From Octopus vulgaris (taxonomy: Eukaryota): 64,000 nucleotides of DNA. The translations under genes were made by a program, and so were the position numbers. Positions 37,995-51,376 of this stretch are shown here, piece after piece. Under the pieces are notes generated by a model. It was not told the DNA's origin. It made no database searches and saw only the letters and a list, made by a program, of their open reading frames with translations. Numbering within the stretch: position 1 is the stretch's first letter; each line of letters starts with the position of its first letter. The DNA is taken from NCBI GenBank assembly GCA_951406725.2, contig OX597827.1:58094001-58158000 (forward strand), written 5' to 3'.

Positions 37995-39018
37995 AAATAC
38001 AAAATGGGACAAGAGCACAAAACATCCAGACAGTTAGGTGAAACAAAAAAGGGACAACAAAACATCCAGACAGACGATACAAAGAAAACAAGGACGGGTC
38101 ATTCAGAGTTTTCTTTCCTCAGTTGAATTCCAGATTATCTTTGTAATTTCAGCTGGTTATACTTGAGATTGCTCCAATCTGGCCAGCCCCAAGGAAAGAC
38201 TAAGCCAAGAGCATTAGATTCCTTGGACAAAAGCAGCAAATGTATAGAAAACAAGGACGGAAAAAAATGGAGAATTTTATACAAATGCAAATAACAGGAC
38301 ATAACAACAAGTGTCTTTCGATTAAGGACGAATTAAATTAGGCTGGTATGTGTGGAAGTAAATCTTTATGGCAGGGATACAAGATTTCACAGGCACAGGG
38401 AGGAATATAGATGTTGCATGGATGGCGGCCGAACCAAGAAAGAAAGGTCAGGCTTGGCCAAACACTGGTCACATGGAGAGGGAAGAGAGAGAGGTAGAGG
38501 CGGAGGGACAGAAGAAATAAGGAGGGGCAAAAAAAAATGACAGAGACACAGTGAAGTGAAAATAGGTGGGAAAGTGAGCATGAAGAGAAGGCAAGGAAAT
38601 ATGAAAGAGGATTAACGAAAGAACGAAGAGTAGAATGATGAAGTCATCATTATCATTGTTCAACCGTGGTCGAGACAATGGAATTTACCATGCTATGCCA
38701 GACTTCACAGTCCATCATGGCATTACGGAGGTCCTGTTGCTGGATGCCTGTATCCCTGGAGATTACATCAGGGTAGGAGAGTGTGCGCCCTCTGGTATTG
38801 CGAGTAGATGGCTTCCAGAGGAGAAGAGTAGAAATTACTTCTTTTTCAGCTCTGCAATAATGTCCAGCAAACTGGACTCTCCTACCTTTCACAAGAGATG
38901 AAGTAAGCGTGAAGGGGCTGATAGAAAGAAGGAAAGAATAAAAGAATAAAAAAAATAGTCGTACAAGATTTAGATAAATATATACTTACATATAAGAGAC
39001 CAAAGTATACGTACGCTG

Positions 39019-39020
<2 letters not shown>
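37992..39020. repeat. ~1-kb unclassified interspersed repeat embedded between (TA)n tracts
   Basis: Abrupt purine- and CpG-richer block; internal direct repeats AAAACATCCAGACAG (38019, 38059) and GAAAACAAGGACGG (x2); flanked by TA microsatellites. No coding homology recognised. Confidence 0.45.
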
Positions 39021-39064
<44 letters not shown>

Positions 39065-41149
39065 GTGTTGAAATAACTTTGCTGGAGTTGGAGTTAAAAC
39101 AAGATCCTCTGCTGTGTTTTGAACAGTTATAATAATTCCATCTTGTGTCCCAATCTGTAGGTTAGACTCACATCTTGCCTAGGGCAGGTGTTAATTTGTT
39201 TCTTTAAGTTCCTTAAGAAGGGTTTATTGCTCTTTCTTATTTAAGGGTGTGTGGTGAATTTGAAGACTGACATCCTTCCTTCCTTGTTGAATTAACAATG
39301 TTAAAGTCTCTAAATATATAATTGCTTTATGAACATCTGTGAATTTAAGAAATTTGACAGATCTAGGTAACAGTGTCCAGCAGACAGAAAATTATGTAAC
39401 TTTTAGATTTATTCTACCCCTAGGGTCTTTTCAATATAAACTTCTATTTTTCGCCCTCCCACTTCTCTTTTAACTGCTATATTCTTTCTAAATGCAACTC
39501 GGTATTCTGTTAATTAATTAGAATGATAATTTAAATGATAATGATCTTATTGTATACAATATTGCGGTGCTCTATAAGTTGTTGGAAAATGGTAGCAAAG
39601 AGGACAGAAGCAGCAATAAGTCAAATAAAGACAGACAGCAACGACAGCCAAAAGTACATGTATAGACATAAACATAAGAAGACAGAAAAGTGAACAGTAA
39701 AAATGCCATAAAGAGAAAAAGGTGAATAGGAATATCAGTAGTGTTAGAAAATTTGAGGAAGCACAGAATTTTTGAAGGACGCAATGTCTTGACAGCTATC
39801 AACCAATTTCGGTAGTCTATTTGAAGCATTTGCTATTCTGAGCATTCAAAAATTTTTCCAAAAGTCGTAGATGCTGTCTTTCAAAGATAATATCTCATTG
39901 AAATATATTTTCTTTATCAGTGAATGCTGTTATTGTAAAATTAGAATATGAATTCTGTTTTACAAAAAATAGTTATTTTTTCTGAATTTAGGGGAGACTT
40001 GAAGCACTTAAACTACCAAACACAACTTTCATTATGTAGGTTTGGCAGCCAAAACCACATTGTACAATATGAAGTTTGGAATAACAAAGCTTATGAAAAA
40101 GAATCATATTGAAACCTACTTATGTGTTTATTTCTATTATCAAGTTTATCAGATATAATTATCTGAATATATAATTATATTATATTATATATATATTATA
40201 TATATATATAATTATCTGAAATAATTAAAATATGGAAATCTATAAAGTGCATTGAAAAAATTCAATGGAAAAATTAAGCTAAAAACATTGATAAAATATC
40301 ATACCAGGATTGGCAATTAGGATCTTTTATTTAATTTTTCCAAGCAATTTAATAAGATTATGTTACAATTAAAGGAAACAAGTTTACTTTAGCTAGATAG
40401 GCCTTCCATTGGCCTTGGCCAGAGTTGATCACGTGTCTGCACATATATGTATGAAGCTATGGGCCAGATTTTTTTAGGTGAACTGGCAGCTCCCCATGCA
40501 TGCAGATCTCACCTCTCCATGATACTTCTGTTATCCAAGGGAAAAACTCTTGACTTGGGCCAATACTGCTTAGCACCTCAGTTATCACAGGTATTACTGT
40601 CAGGATACAAAGAGTCAGAAAAGATACTACAATGCATCTATAGTATCATTTCTGATCCTCTATCAATTCTACCAATCCCTTGGTCTGGATTGATACTTTT
40701 TTTTTATCAACCTCAGAAGATGAAAGGCAATGTTGATCTTTGCAGGATTTGAACTCACAGAGTGCAGAGTCAAAACAAATACTGTGAGACATTCTATACA
40801 ATACTCTAACAACTCTACCAATTTGTTACCTGAATCAGTGAACTTAAATACAGTAAAAACCTTGAAGGGTGCCATTTCATTGGAGTTTATGCTTTCCAGT
40901 GAAGAATCCTGCCCAAAATATTAGACATTTCCTCTCCTCATAGGATGCTAATATGCTCTTTTTCCTTCTTTTACTCTGAAGTTTAAGTTGATTTTTACAT
41001 GATGTAAAAAAAAATAGCTCTTATTTAAGCTAGCTATCATTTGATATTCATTTCTGCGAGTGGGAGGATGGGGGACTGTGCCCATGACTTTTATAGGTTC
41101 TCTGAGACAGAATTGATGAAATTGATATTCAGTTTGAACAGTTATGAGT

Positions 41150-41530
41150 TAATGTCTGTGGGAAAACAGGGGCCTGAAAGGAATTCCAGTAGTTAGTATG
41201 GAAATCTGATGGGAGAAGGAATCATAAAATGGATTAGGAGAGATGGTTGTGATGGGAGGGCTTTGGTGGAAGTGTTGTGCACTCTGCTATTTTGTAGAGT
41301 ATAGACTTTTGTAGTAGCAGTAGAAGAGGCAGGGAGATGGAAGTACAATAGAGGGATGGAGGTTGGAGCTTCTTTGTGAAAGAATTTTTTTCCAGTCATC
41401 TGAGTAGCATTCTTTTGAATGCAGTCTAGGTCTATTTATTTATTCATTTATTTATTTGATTTAGTTATTGTAACAGTACCATTGTAAATGTGTGAGCAGT
41501 GTTCCATTGTAGATCTTATTTGGATCTTAC
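41150..41530 (-). mobile_element. Decayed LINE 3' fragment (CR1/L2/Jockey-group)
   Basis: Minus-strand IRSTMEHCSH...LDCIQKNA resembles the IRPxLEYCS...LDxIQxxA post-RT motif. Confidence 0.55.
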
Positions 41531-42359
41531 AGGAATGCATTCACATATGAAATGATACAAAAGATTCATGGTTGATCAAAAGTGCCAATGAATCAACTTT
41601 TATTCAAAGCAAAATGTATAAAAACCAATTATGTTTGCTAACAATTGTTTGGTTCAGTTGAATTTGAAAGATTTTAACTGCTTAACTACTTTGTGTAATC
41701 TCTAATCACCTAAAAGGAGATGAGTATTTTTTTTTATGATTAATTTTATTTATTTATTGGCATTTGTTTCCATGATAGAATGAATTAGGTGATTTTGTAA
41801 ATTCCAACATTTGCATAAAATATTGAAGCAGGTGCTTCGCAACTAAACAGTTCACTGAACTGTGAAGTAAAACATAATCCAATGCTTGTGGCAAGATTAG
41901 TAACAATTGCTATGAACCTAAATTTTATAATTATTTAAAACAATTTTTTCTTCTACATAAAGCTTCTGTTGTGCATATCAGATCACTTTCTATAAATGAA
42001 GGAAAGGGACTTTTCTAAACATTTTTTCTTTAATAACAATGCTATGTATTGATTGCAATGCCTTTGACCAAAAACATTCAAACAATTTTCACCCTCCAAA
42101 GCACACCATCACTACATTTTTGTTTCGTCAAATTTTTGGCTTGTTCTTCACAGATGACTGGCATTTCATGGTTATATTTCTTCAGCTAAACTGTAACTTA
42201 ACTCAAAGTAAATTACATTTTCTCTTTGCTTCTAACTGCTGCTAAAATTCTCTAAACAACATCTATTACTTTGAAAAGTGCTCTTCATTCAGCACTGTGC
42301 TATTGTATCTGTCACTAGTTATGACATATTAATTGTAGTTTTCTGGTCATAATATTCTT

Positions 42360-42625
42360 TACCTTGGGGTGTCTTTTATTATAACCCTGGGCTGACCAAT
42401 GCCTTGTGAATGAATTTGGTTGAAGGAAATTGTGTGGAAGCTTATTATATATGTGTGTCTGTGTTTGTATCTGTTCCCCTCCCCCACTACTTGACAACCA
42501 GTGCGTTTAAGTCCCCAAAAGAGACTAAAAAAAAAAGTAACGGAATTGATCTGCTCTGCTAAAACCCTCCAAGGCTGTGCCCCAGCAAGGTCACAGTCCA
42601 GTGACTGAAATAGTAAGAGAGAAAA
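42360..42625 (+). mobile_element. 5'-truncated CORE-like SINE
   Basis: ACCTTGGGGTGTCTT...GCCTTGTGAATGAATTTGGT...TGACTGAAATAGTAAGAGA. Confidence 0.75.
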
Positions 42626-43257
42626 GATACTCAAAGATTTAGTGACATTTATTATGTCCATGATAAATGTTCAAATATGTAAATATTTTCAAGTTCAGTT
42701 TTAGTTTTTATTTAGTTTCTCTTGGATTTGGGATTTACAGAATTTTCATGACAATCCACTCTATCCATTGTTACGTTTAATTAAAACAAGCAGAAAATGT
42801 CATTTGAGATTAAGGTTTATTATGCAAAAATATATGATGAGATATTAATCACACCGCTAAAGTATTATATTACTATTTAAACCACAATTTCAGAAATTTG
42901 AATGAAATTAGATATTTATATGATGTATAACAATAGCAATAATTTTGGAGATGTGACTGAAATAGAATTCTTTGCAAAGAACTACTCTGTTGTGCACAAG
43001 AATATTGAATTCTCAGTATTATTGAATTCTGCTAAATTTATTGATATTGTCAAAGGATTTCTAATTTAATATCCTATCCTAAAGAATTAAAGTTAAAACA
43101 TCTTACTCTTGATGAGAAAGTTTATTGGCTGAATGGCTTTGTGATATTTACATACAGTGTAGATTATGTAATTTTCTTTGAATATTAGGTGAGAGGAACT
43201 AAAACTACAAATATGTTGGAAAATTCTGACTTACTTTGAGGTAGAACAAATATTTTT

Positions 43258-43598
43258 TGTGTGGATAAGAAGCTTGTTTTGCAACCATGTGGTTTCAAAT
43301 TCAAGTTCATTGCGTAACACCCTCGGCAAGTGTCTTCTATAGCCTCTAGCTGACTAATGTCTGTGAGTGAATTTGGTTGACTGAGACTGTGTGTGTGACT
43401 TTGTGTTTATCCCTTCCCCACACTTCACAACTGGTATTGGTGTGTTTATGCCCCCATAACTTAGCAGTTCAGCAAGAGACTGATAGAATAAGAACCAGAC
43501 TTTAAAAAGATAAGTACTGGAGTCTGTTTGACTGTCTTTCAAGGTGGTGCCCCAGCATGGCCACAGAGATTGGACAAAAATGAATAAAAGAGAAAAGA
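43258..43598 (+). mobile_element. CORE-like SINE copy
   Basis: Same motif order as 12031-12448. Confidence 0.8.
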
Positions 43599-43910
43599 AT
43601 TGTTATGAATGACACATTTGTTTCTAGTTGTCATCTTTATTAAGCATTATTCCAGTAATTTTTTTTATTTTAACTTTTTTTACTTGATTATTTTCAAGCA
43701 CCTGTCAATTAATTTTACATATTTTTGAAACCTAATTTATCAACTGCACACTGGCTTCATTAAATTTTTTTTTGCCTTATGTTTACAACCCTTTCACATA
43801 TAGACAGACACATGTTTATAATGAGTATTTCTTCTTTCAGACATTGTTCTGATAATCAAAGCTTTTTAAATTAGTTTTTATTTGTTATTCTATTTTTTCC
43901 TATTGTGCAG

Positions 43911-44027
43911 AATTTCAAACCCCTTATTGACAAAGTTGGCATAAGTAACAGCCGCCAGAAGCCTGTTGAATTCTTTGTTGACAGAGAATTATTGGTTACA
44001 GATGAAAAAGAAATCATTAATTACAAG
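43911..44027 (+). CDS. JMJD1C: Internal coding exon (equivalent to vertebrate exon 3) of JMJD1C/KDM3-family demethylase
   Basis: Acceptor TTTTTTCCTATTGTGCAG| and donor |GTAAGC; 117 nt, phase 0-0. NFKPLIDKVGISNSRQKPVEFFVDRELLVTDEKEIINYK aligns with the recalled human TFKPLVERNIPSSVTAVEFLVDKQLDFLTEDSAFQPYQ. Confidence 0.9.
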
Positions 44028-44269
44028 GTAAGCTTATTAACTGAAATTATACATGTGTGTGTGTGTGCATGTTGTATTATGTATTGATTATACTTTCCAC
44101 AAGCGTGGTCCATGTCAAAAGTGATGGGGTTTATTTCTGTATCCTTTCAGTAATTCTCAATCTTTCTACTTCAAGCCTTGTTCCTTTTTTTGTTCTTGTG
44201 TTTTTGCTTTTGTCTTCCTACAGTTATTCTTAATCTTTTTATTTTGTGCTTTACTTCTTGTGTTATTTT

Positions 44270-44281
44270 ACTGTACTACTG

Positions 44282-44322
<41 letters not shown>
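44270..44322. repeat. (CTA)n microsatellite
   Basis: Direct inspection. Confidence 0.95.
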
Positions 44323-44323
<1 letters not shown>

Positions 44324-45781
44324 TCTAAATCACATTGAGCATTGACGTCTTGTGATAATCTTCATCTGCTTTATTCAGATCGAAGTTGAGCAGTTTCTCT
44401 GTGACAGAGAACTTCCTTTGTCTGTTTGACTTGCAATTACTTTGGAAAGTTGGCTCTTTACTTCCTTGCTTTCACAATCTCCCCCCCCCCCTTCACTCTC
44501 CTTCATTATTCTCGCTTATGTTATTTTCTCCTCTCCCTCTACATCTTGTTCCTTGTCTTTACTTTCAATCAAAATCTGCCTCCACTGCATCTTGCTAAGT
44601 TGCCAATGCTTCCCTCCAGGATACACTTTGATATCCTGCCTGAATCTCTCTCTTTCTCTCTCTCTCTCAAACACACACATTCTATTGTTACCTCTCTATT
44701 GTAGAGCTCTTCTTTCCACCCTCCTCTCCTACTTCATTACTTACTAGTGCTGTCTCATCCTCTCTCACTCTTTCTTTCATCACTCTTTATATTTCAATGT
44801 CTGCTTGCCTGACAACTTGTTTCACCAACATACTTGTCTGATAATTTTCTCTCTTTCTCACTCCACCCTATCCCCAGCTGTCTGTCTGTCTCTCTCTTTC
44901 TCTGTCAATCTCCCATCTATCTATTTTTATCTAATCCAACTTTCTTTCTCTTCCACCTCTCTCAGCTCAGTCATTACTTTCCACATTTCTCTAGCATGGC
45001 AGGAAGACAGAACCCAATGAACCATAACAGTCACTTGGCTTGTTATACAGAAGATTATTGCAGTATTGAATGCAATGTTTGCTGGTCCATTGATCTTTTG
45101 TGTAATATGTTGAATTTGTAAAACTCATATAACATTTCTCTTTGAGAACAAATTTTATAATTGAACTTAACATTTGTTGATATAAAAATATCTAATTAAC
45201 TGCATGCAAATAATTTAATATATGTCAGGAATTGAAATATTGTGTTTATACATGCATATGTGTGTCTAATTTGTTTTAAACGGAAAAAGTTACTATTTTA
45301 ATGAGATGAGTACAATGTTTATTTGAGTCTGAAGTATAGGCCAAACAAGCTATTTGGCATCAGTATGACAAAAACAGAAAGATTACTGAAAAATATTGAA
45401 TTATTTGAAGATATAGTTTTTGTAGTTTTTAATTACAGCTTCTGTCTCGAAATTATTTTTCTCTCTCTCTCTCTCCTTCATATTTCTCTTATCGTCTGTT
45501 TAGTGTCTCTTTTCCATGTTGGTGTGGATTGCTTTGTGCTAGCATATGACATACGAGCAACCCCCCCCCCTCCAATGGACAGTACTGAGTTGTCAAACAT
45601 TTAAACCAAATTTTCTCAAGACAACTTGTCCGACCATCCCATAGGCCTCCCCTTTGAGAAACACTGATAGACTTTTTTTCTATTCCAAAGAAAAATAATT
45701 TTATTCACACAAATATGCAACCGAAGAGTTTAAAGTACCAGTAATGATAAGGCTGTTGACTGGGAGAACACAAACATGGTT

Positions 45782-46021
45782 TAAACAGTAAGCTTGGCAG
45801 GAAAGAAATGTACCTTTAAGCAGTACAAAAACAACAAAAAATGGAAGGTGCAGTTATGCAATCTCACCTGGAATCGATTTTTGTAATTTTTTCAAGACTT
45901 ATACATGCCCTGATACTATCGGTATCTACATATCAAATTTGAGCGCAATCAGATGGAGGATGCCCAAGATCCTAGAAGACACACACACACAGGCAGACAG
46001 AACGGATTTTATATAAGAGAT
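45782..46021 (+). mobile_element. Possible non-autonomous Helitron/Helentron-like remnant
   Basis: CAAATTTGAGCGCAATC ... (CA)n/CAGACAGA ... TTTTATATAAGAGAT end, an architecture typical of invertebrate Helitron-derived repeats. 5' boundary uncertain. Confidence 0.4.
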
Positions 46022-46809
46022 TACTGCTTATCAAAATCGTTCTCAGTTTGTCCATAAAGGAATACCTTCTAATTGGAAGTACCCTTTACACACATAGGCT
46101 GTAGTAAATGCAACTCATCTAGGAGCTAGACATTTTGATCAAGCCCATTACAGTGTGGTGGCAGAAATTCCCCAAACATTTGTCCTTAACACTTTTGATA
46201 TTATATGAGATTTTGCTACTGCCTTAGGAGAAAAAAATTATTAGGTGAATGACTTAGAATAGTGTGTCATATTGTTAAATGTTTTGTTACTACTCTTGTG
46301 CCAAACTCGAGTACTTGATTTCTTTTTCATGGATATTTCCAACCAAAATGATTGAATAAGAATGCTGTGAAGAAAATTGTTTACAAATATGCCTGCTATT
46401 CGCCAAACAAATGAGTAGAATTTTGAACAAAGCAAAGGTTATTTATAAAATTCTTTTTTCCTAACAATCAGTCTGACAAGTCATAGAAATATCACCTGAA
46501 CTTGAAATATTTTATCAAAACATTTAGACAATAAACCATTTAATCAAAATTGGAATGCTGTAGGTCAAGACTTAGTGAAAAAAAAACAGTCACTGAAGTA
46601 TTTTCAATTTATTAGCTGACCATAGAGGAAGTTGAACTAAATGCTGCATATAATGATAAAAAAGTTTTTGTTTTAATGCAATAATTTCTAAAATATATTA
46701 CATCTTAGAAGATGCATTTACCTTCTTCATTTTGACTTACTACTCTTGTTGCTACTGCTTCTACAACTATTACTATTACCACCATTACCCTCTGCTGCTG
46801 CTACTACTA

Positions 46810-47010
46810 TGAGGGGATGCTGAAAAGTTCCTGGCTTTGGGTAAAAGAAAATACAAGAGGATCAGTTAATTATGATTTTATTCAGATTCACACACTTATT
46901 GTAGTGGTCCTTCAGTTTTTCTAAGCTCTGTAAAAGAACTCGGAAGGTTGGGCCAGCAACCAAGCTTTTCACAATACCCTTAAAGCCAGGTACTTTTCAG
47001 CACTGCCTCA
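46810..47010. mobile_element. Mariner-derived MITE (201 bp) in a (CTA)n tract
   Basis: TA flanks; ~29-bp TIRs TGAGGGGATGCTGAAAAGTTCCTGGCTTT / AAAGCCAGGTACTTTTCAGCACTGCCTCA. Confidence 0.85.
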
Positions 47011-47084
47011 TACTACTACTACTACTACTACTACTAGATTTAACTATTCCAACCATTACTCTTCCTAGAATCCACCAACTAAAT

Positions 47085-47403
47085 ACTAAATACCTCACTT
47101 TATGAGGACCAACTTTGCGAGACCCTGGGTTTTATTTTATATTAAAGTTTTCAAGCACAAGAACCTAATTTTGAACGAAGTGCAAAAGTTTCTGCAACCA
47201 TAACAAATGCTTCTGCATGTTACCAAGAAATTTATAGAGAGTGAAAAAAAAAAAAGACTTCTCCTAAGCCAACAAACAGTTCTAGACTTGTTTTTTAAAA
47301 AGAAATCTACAAGTCCGTCTATGAGTGCTTGTGAATCAGGAATTGCGTCTACAAGTGATGATGTGCATGAGTTTAGTGCGAGTGAAAGTGATTCAGAAAA
47401 CGA

Positions 47404-47434
<31 letters not shown>

Positions 47435-47667
47435 TTTATTATAAATGATCTTGACATTCTTTTTACTTTACATAAAATATTCTTTACATTCTACTGTTTT
47501 ATTGCCATTTATTTATGAGTATTGTAAATTTTATTGGTAAAATATTTTCCTGGAAATGAATTATGATTTATAACATTGCTACTATGGGAAATTATCTCAG
47601 CTTTGAGCTTTTGCTTTATGAGTGGTTTCCGGGAACAAATTAACTCCTATATTGAGGCATAGCTGTA
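47085..47667 (+). mobile_element. Tigger/pogo-type internally deleted element
   Basis: Decayed TIRs ATACCTCACTTTATGAG / CTCCTATATTGAGGCATAGCTG-TA. Internal EKKKRLLLSQQTVLDLFFKK resembles the pogo transposase C-terminal QTxLDxFF motif. Confidence 0.55.
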
Positions 47668-47729
47668 TTTATGTATTGGTTTCTCATACATTGGCCAATT
47701 AATCAAAAGAAACTAGATTTTAGTGTTAG

Positions 47730-50150
47730 AGATGGGGTTTTAGTGACAGCTGTTATTGGAAGGAAGCATTGAACATCATGTTAAAGGTAAAACTTTTGTG
47801 CATAATACAAAGTAAGAATGACAGGAGGTGGGAGGGAAGAATCAGGTAAGCTGATAATGGTAGCAAAAACATGCATGTAAGCAAGTGGTCGCACTGTGTT
47901 GTGAAATGCAGTCTAGGATGCTGGTGTGTGAAGAACAACAATACCATCTCTTGTAGATATGTAGTACTGTAATTTGGGTTGTAATCAAGTTTTGGAGAGA
48001 CATCCTGAAGAGGATATCTAATATTAGAAATAGTTTTGTCATTGTCAGCTGGAAAGGTCATCATTGGCATACCATTTTTGTAACTTTAAGGGATTTATCC
48101 TTGTGTTGTTCCTATACAAGTTGTGGTGTTGTGCAAATTGTCTTAATTGCATGGAAGAAAACTAGATTGTCATGTCCTTAGTGAATTAAGATTCAAAGGT
48201 GTCTGTTTATGGAATCAAGCAAATCTAGCATAAAATGTGTTTGTTGTATCTGAATAGAACTTATGTGCAGAAGAAAGAGTAAAGAGGTGTTGATTTGCAT
48301 AGTTGTGCATGCTTATGAGTAAGCCTTTTCTACACATGCTGGTCAGATAGAAAACTTCAGATTTAAAAGATGAGAGCTAGATAGTGTCCATAAGCAAACA
48401 GCTTTGCTAGGAGGCTCTCATGCAATACATGCCAAAAGGCTTTGCAACAATTGTTGTTTGAACCAGTTTACAAGATGTAAGACTGTTGGTGCTTGGTGAA
48501 GCAGAGCAGATAAGATTTCCAGTAGATCTGGCTCTATTGAAATCATATTGGCGGTTAATGAGAAGGACAAAAAAAAAACTGACTGCAGAAAAGTTAGTGG
48601 TTGTTTGTAATTAACCCTTTCATCTTTAATATTTTTGAAAGTGAGAGCAATAAGTTGGTAGTTGGCAGAGAGCTCCTGCCTTAATGCAGGAGGGTTAGAG
48701 ATGTTGGATTACTTGAGTGGAATGTACAGTTATATGGTGGCGGTGCATAAGCCTAGATAACCCATGATTGAGCAGATTTATGATTAGTGATTAAAAGCAT
48801 TTCAACCATGACTGTCCTGTCATTTTATATGTCAAGGAAGGACAAAATTGATGTCTTACTAAGACAACATATAGTGATGTGAGCTGACATATAATTGCTA
48901 CTTTCTGCAGATTGAGTTATTCCATGGAGAGAAATAAGTTTAGTTTGGTGAAGACAGAAGTTAGCTCCAGAATATATTGTTTTAGTGTAATGGGAGGAAG
49001 ATCATCAAGTTTGGTTAAAATGATTGAAGAAAATTTTGAACTCGGTAACTGAGACCGAAAAGATGAGTTCTGAAGGGCATTTGTGTATGTATGCGAAAGT
49101 GCATGTAGTAAGAAGCCAAAATGAGCACCATATGTTTTATCTGCGAGTATACTACTGGGTGGGAAACAGCGGGTAGGATAATTACAAAAAAAAAGTTATT
49201 AGAAATCCTTCCAGCAAGTTACCAGAAAGCCCAACTGCAGTTTGAGAGACAAGAGAACTTGTCAGATGTGCTATGCATGAAATCATCTTTTGTTTTCTAG
49301 CTATTCATTTTGCAGACGGTGTGTTGGTGGGTGAAATCCTCCCAGTTGGTAACACTTAGTGACTTCCTTCAATTGTTTTAAGCAGTTTCTTTTCTTTCTT
49401 TTTTTTTCTTTTGTTTGTTACACCTAAAGTACAACTGTCGGTAAACCGTTTATGAATTTTGTTATGTCTTGTAGGGATATGCAAAGAAAGGTGGTATTGG
49501 TTACTGACTGAATTTTCTTGGGTGGATTAGAGATAAAGAACATTTGTTGTCAGTAGTATTCAGCTTAACCAGTTAGCTGTCCAGCTACTAGAGAGTTGAT
49601 TGCGAGCAGCTGGTGCTGTTGTGTGGTAAGGTTATATTAAATAAGTTGCTTTGATTATGTGATGATCAAATAACAAAGCAATGATTGAGAATGAAATCAA
49701 AAGATAGGTAAGGAGTTCAAGTGGTGCTTATTGAGCTCAGTATGATAAATGCTTGGCCGCTGTACCAAAGGTGTTGGTATTGGAACAACATGAGAGTCAA
49801 GTGATCTTGTGTGCATTTAAGTCTCCAAAGATTATGTCTTTGGCAGCAGAAGTAGTTATCTTCAATTCATGATGAAAAGTTCTTGAACACTTACTGGTAA
49901 ATTAGAAGAATTTGGTAAAGATTAGAGACAGCAGATGAATTTAGACTTTTAGAAGTGTGCTGAAAAGAGACCTTACTGATAGTCTTTGTAACTAAAGTCC
50001 AGGCAATAGATATTGGTTATGGGGAAAGTTGATTTTATGTACACACAGATACCACATTTAGGAATAAATTTAGAATATAGTGCAACTCGGAGAAGACATA
50101 AATTCTGAGGAATAGAGAAATAGTAGGAATGAAGTTTTTGTCAGTAGGAG
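47730..50150 (-). mobile_element. Heavily decayed LINE fragments (endonuclease to pre-RT region), interrupted
   Basis: Minus-strand KDIIFGDLNAH at ~49810-49840 corresponds to the APE-endonuclease GDFNAH motif; same compositional skew as 27850-29660. Confidence 0.55.
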
Positions 50151-50919
50151 ATAATGCATTTTTTTTTGTTCTTGATTTCTATTAGGAATTTATACAATTT
50201 TGCAGACCTGTTCACCACCATTTCCTATAACATAATCATAGAAATAACAGCATGCGTTTTCATATCATTATATTTGTATTAAAAGCTTTCACTGCAAGGA
50301 GTATGCGGTGTCATAAAAGTATATCTTTCTAGTAAATATACTGTCCTTACACTTTTTTATAGTACTTTCCATTTCCCTCAACTGCTATGTGTTGCTCCTT
50401 TGCAATGGAAATTTTCCATATGAAAATAAAGTTATGGAAGTTCCTCATGTTCCTGCTAGTAATGCTTGTGTTACAATTTACAGTAAAGATGGCTGTAAAA
50501 TAATCATGATACAGGCAATATTAAATTTATTTTCTTTCGAAACTTTTAAAAATATTTCTTAATACTTTTCTCAGATTATTTCTATATCCTTATATGTTTA
50601 TTTTTTTTTTTTTTGTGTGTGGTGTATTTATTAAGTGCCTTAAACTTTGGGGTTATCAGATAAATTCGTTTGATTTTTCTTCTTGGCACGCCATCATCAT
50701 ATATCTGAAAAGAAGCGAGATTTATTCAAATTTCAAAAGCAGTTATCTAAAGTTGTAGAGGAAGAATAGAACAATAAAAAAATAAAATGTAAAACACTAT
50801 GATGAAAATGTTTTTCATGTTAATTTGAATAGCATTGGAAAGGATTAGAATAAGAGGTGGGGATGAATTTATCTGATGACATAATAAACGAAAATTCAAA
50901 TTAATATTTGAATTTGACA

Positions 50920-51140
50920 AGATGGTAAACTGGAAGAATCATTAGCACACCGGGCAAAATACTTAGTGACATTTCATCTGGCTATGTATTCTGAGTTCAA
51001 ATGCTGCCAAGGTCAACTTTACCTGTCATCCTTTGAGGGGTCGATAAAGTAAGTATCAGTTGATCACTGGGGTTTATGTAATCGATTTAATACCTCTCCT
51101 GAACTTGCTGGCTTTATGCCAAAATTCGAAACCGATATTT
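50920..51140 (+). mobile_element. Nin/Deu-domain tRNA-derived SINE
   Basis: GAGTTCAAAT B box; TCATCCTTTGAGGGGTCGATAAAGTAAGTATCAG central domain; tail TTGCTGGCTTTATGCCAAAATTCGAAA. Confidence 0.8.
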
Positions 51141-51162
51141 GTATGTGACCTTTAATTATTAA

Positions 51163-51376
51163 TTTTAAATTTTGGCATAAGGCCAGCAATTTCAGAGAAG
51201 GGTGGGGCCAGTCGATTACATCAACCCCAGTGTTCAACTGGTACTTATTTTATCAACCTCGAAAGGATGAAAGGCAAATTTAACCTTGGCAACATTTGAA
51301 CTCAGAATGTAAAGCTGAAAGAAATGCTGCTATGCATTTTTTTGTTTCAGTAACAATTCTGCCAGCTCGTTGCCTT
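51163..51376 (-). mobile_element. Nin/Deu-domain tRNA-derived SINE (tail-to-tail with previous copy)
   Basis: Reverse complement of the same family. Confidence 0.8.

Noticed and set aside
40143-40226. AT-only palindromic stretch TCAGATATAATTATCTGA with TA repeats
   Set aside because: Expected from slippage in a TA-rich tract; no distinctive information.
45545-45666. hAT-like terminus TTTGAGAAACACTG
   Set aside because: No matching second TIR or TSD identified, so element limits cannot be supported.
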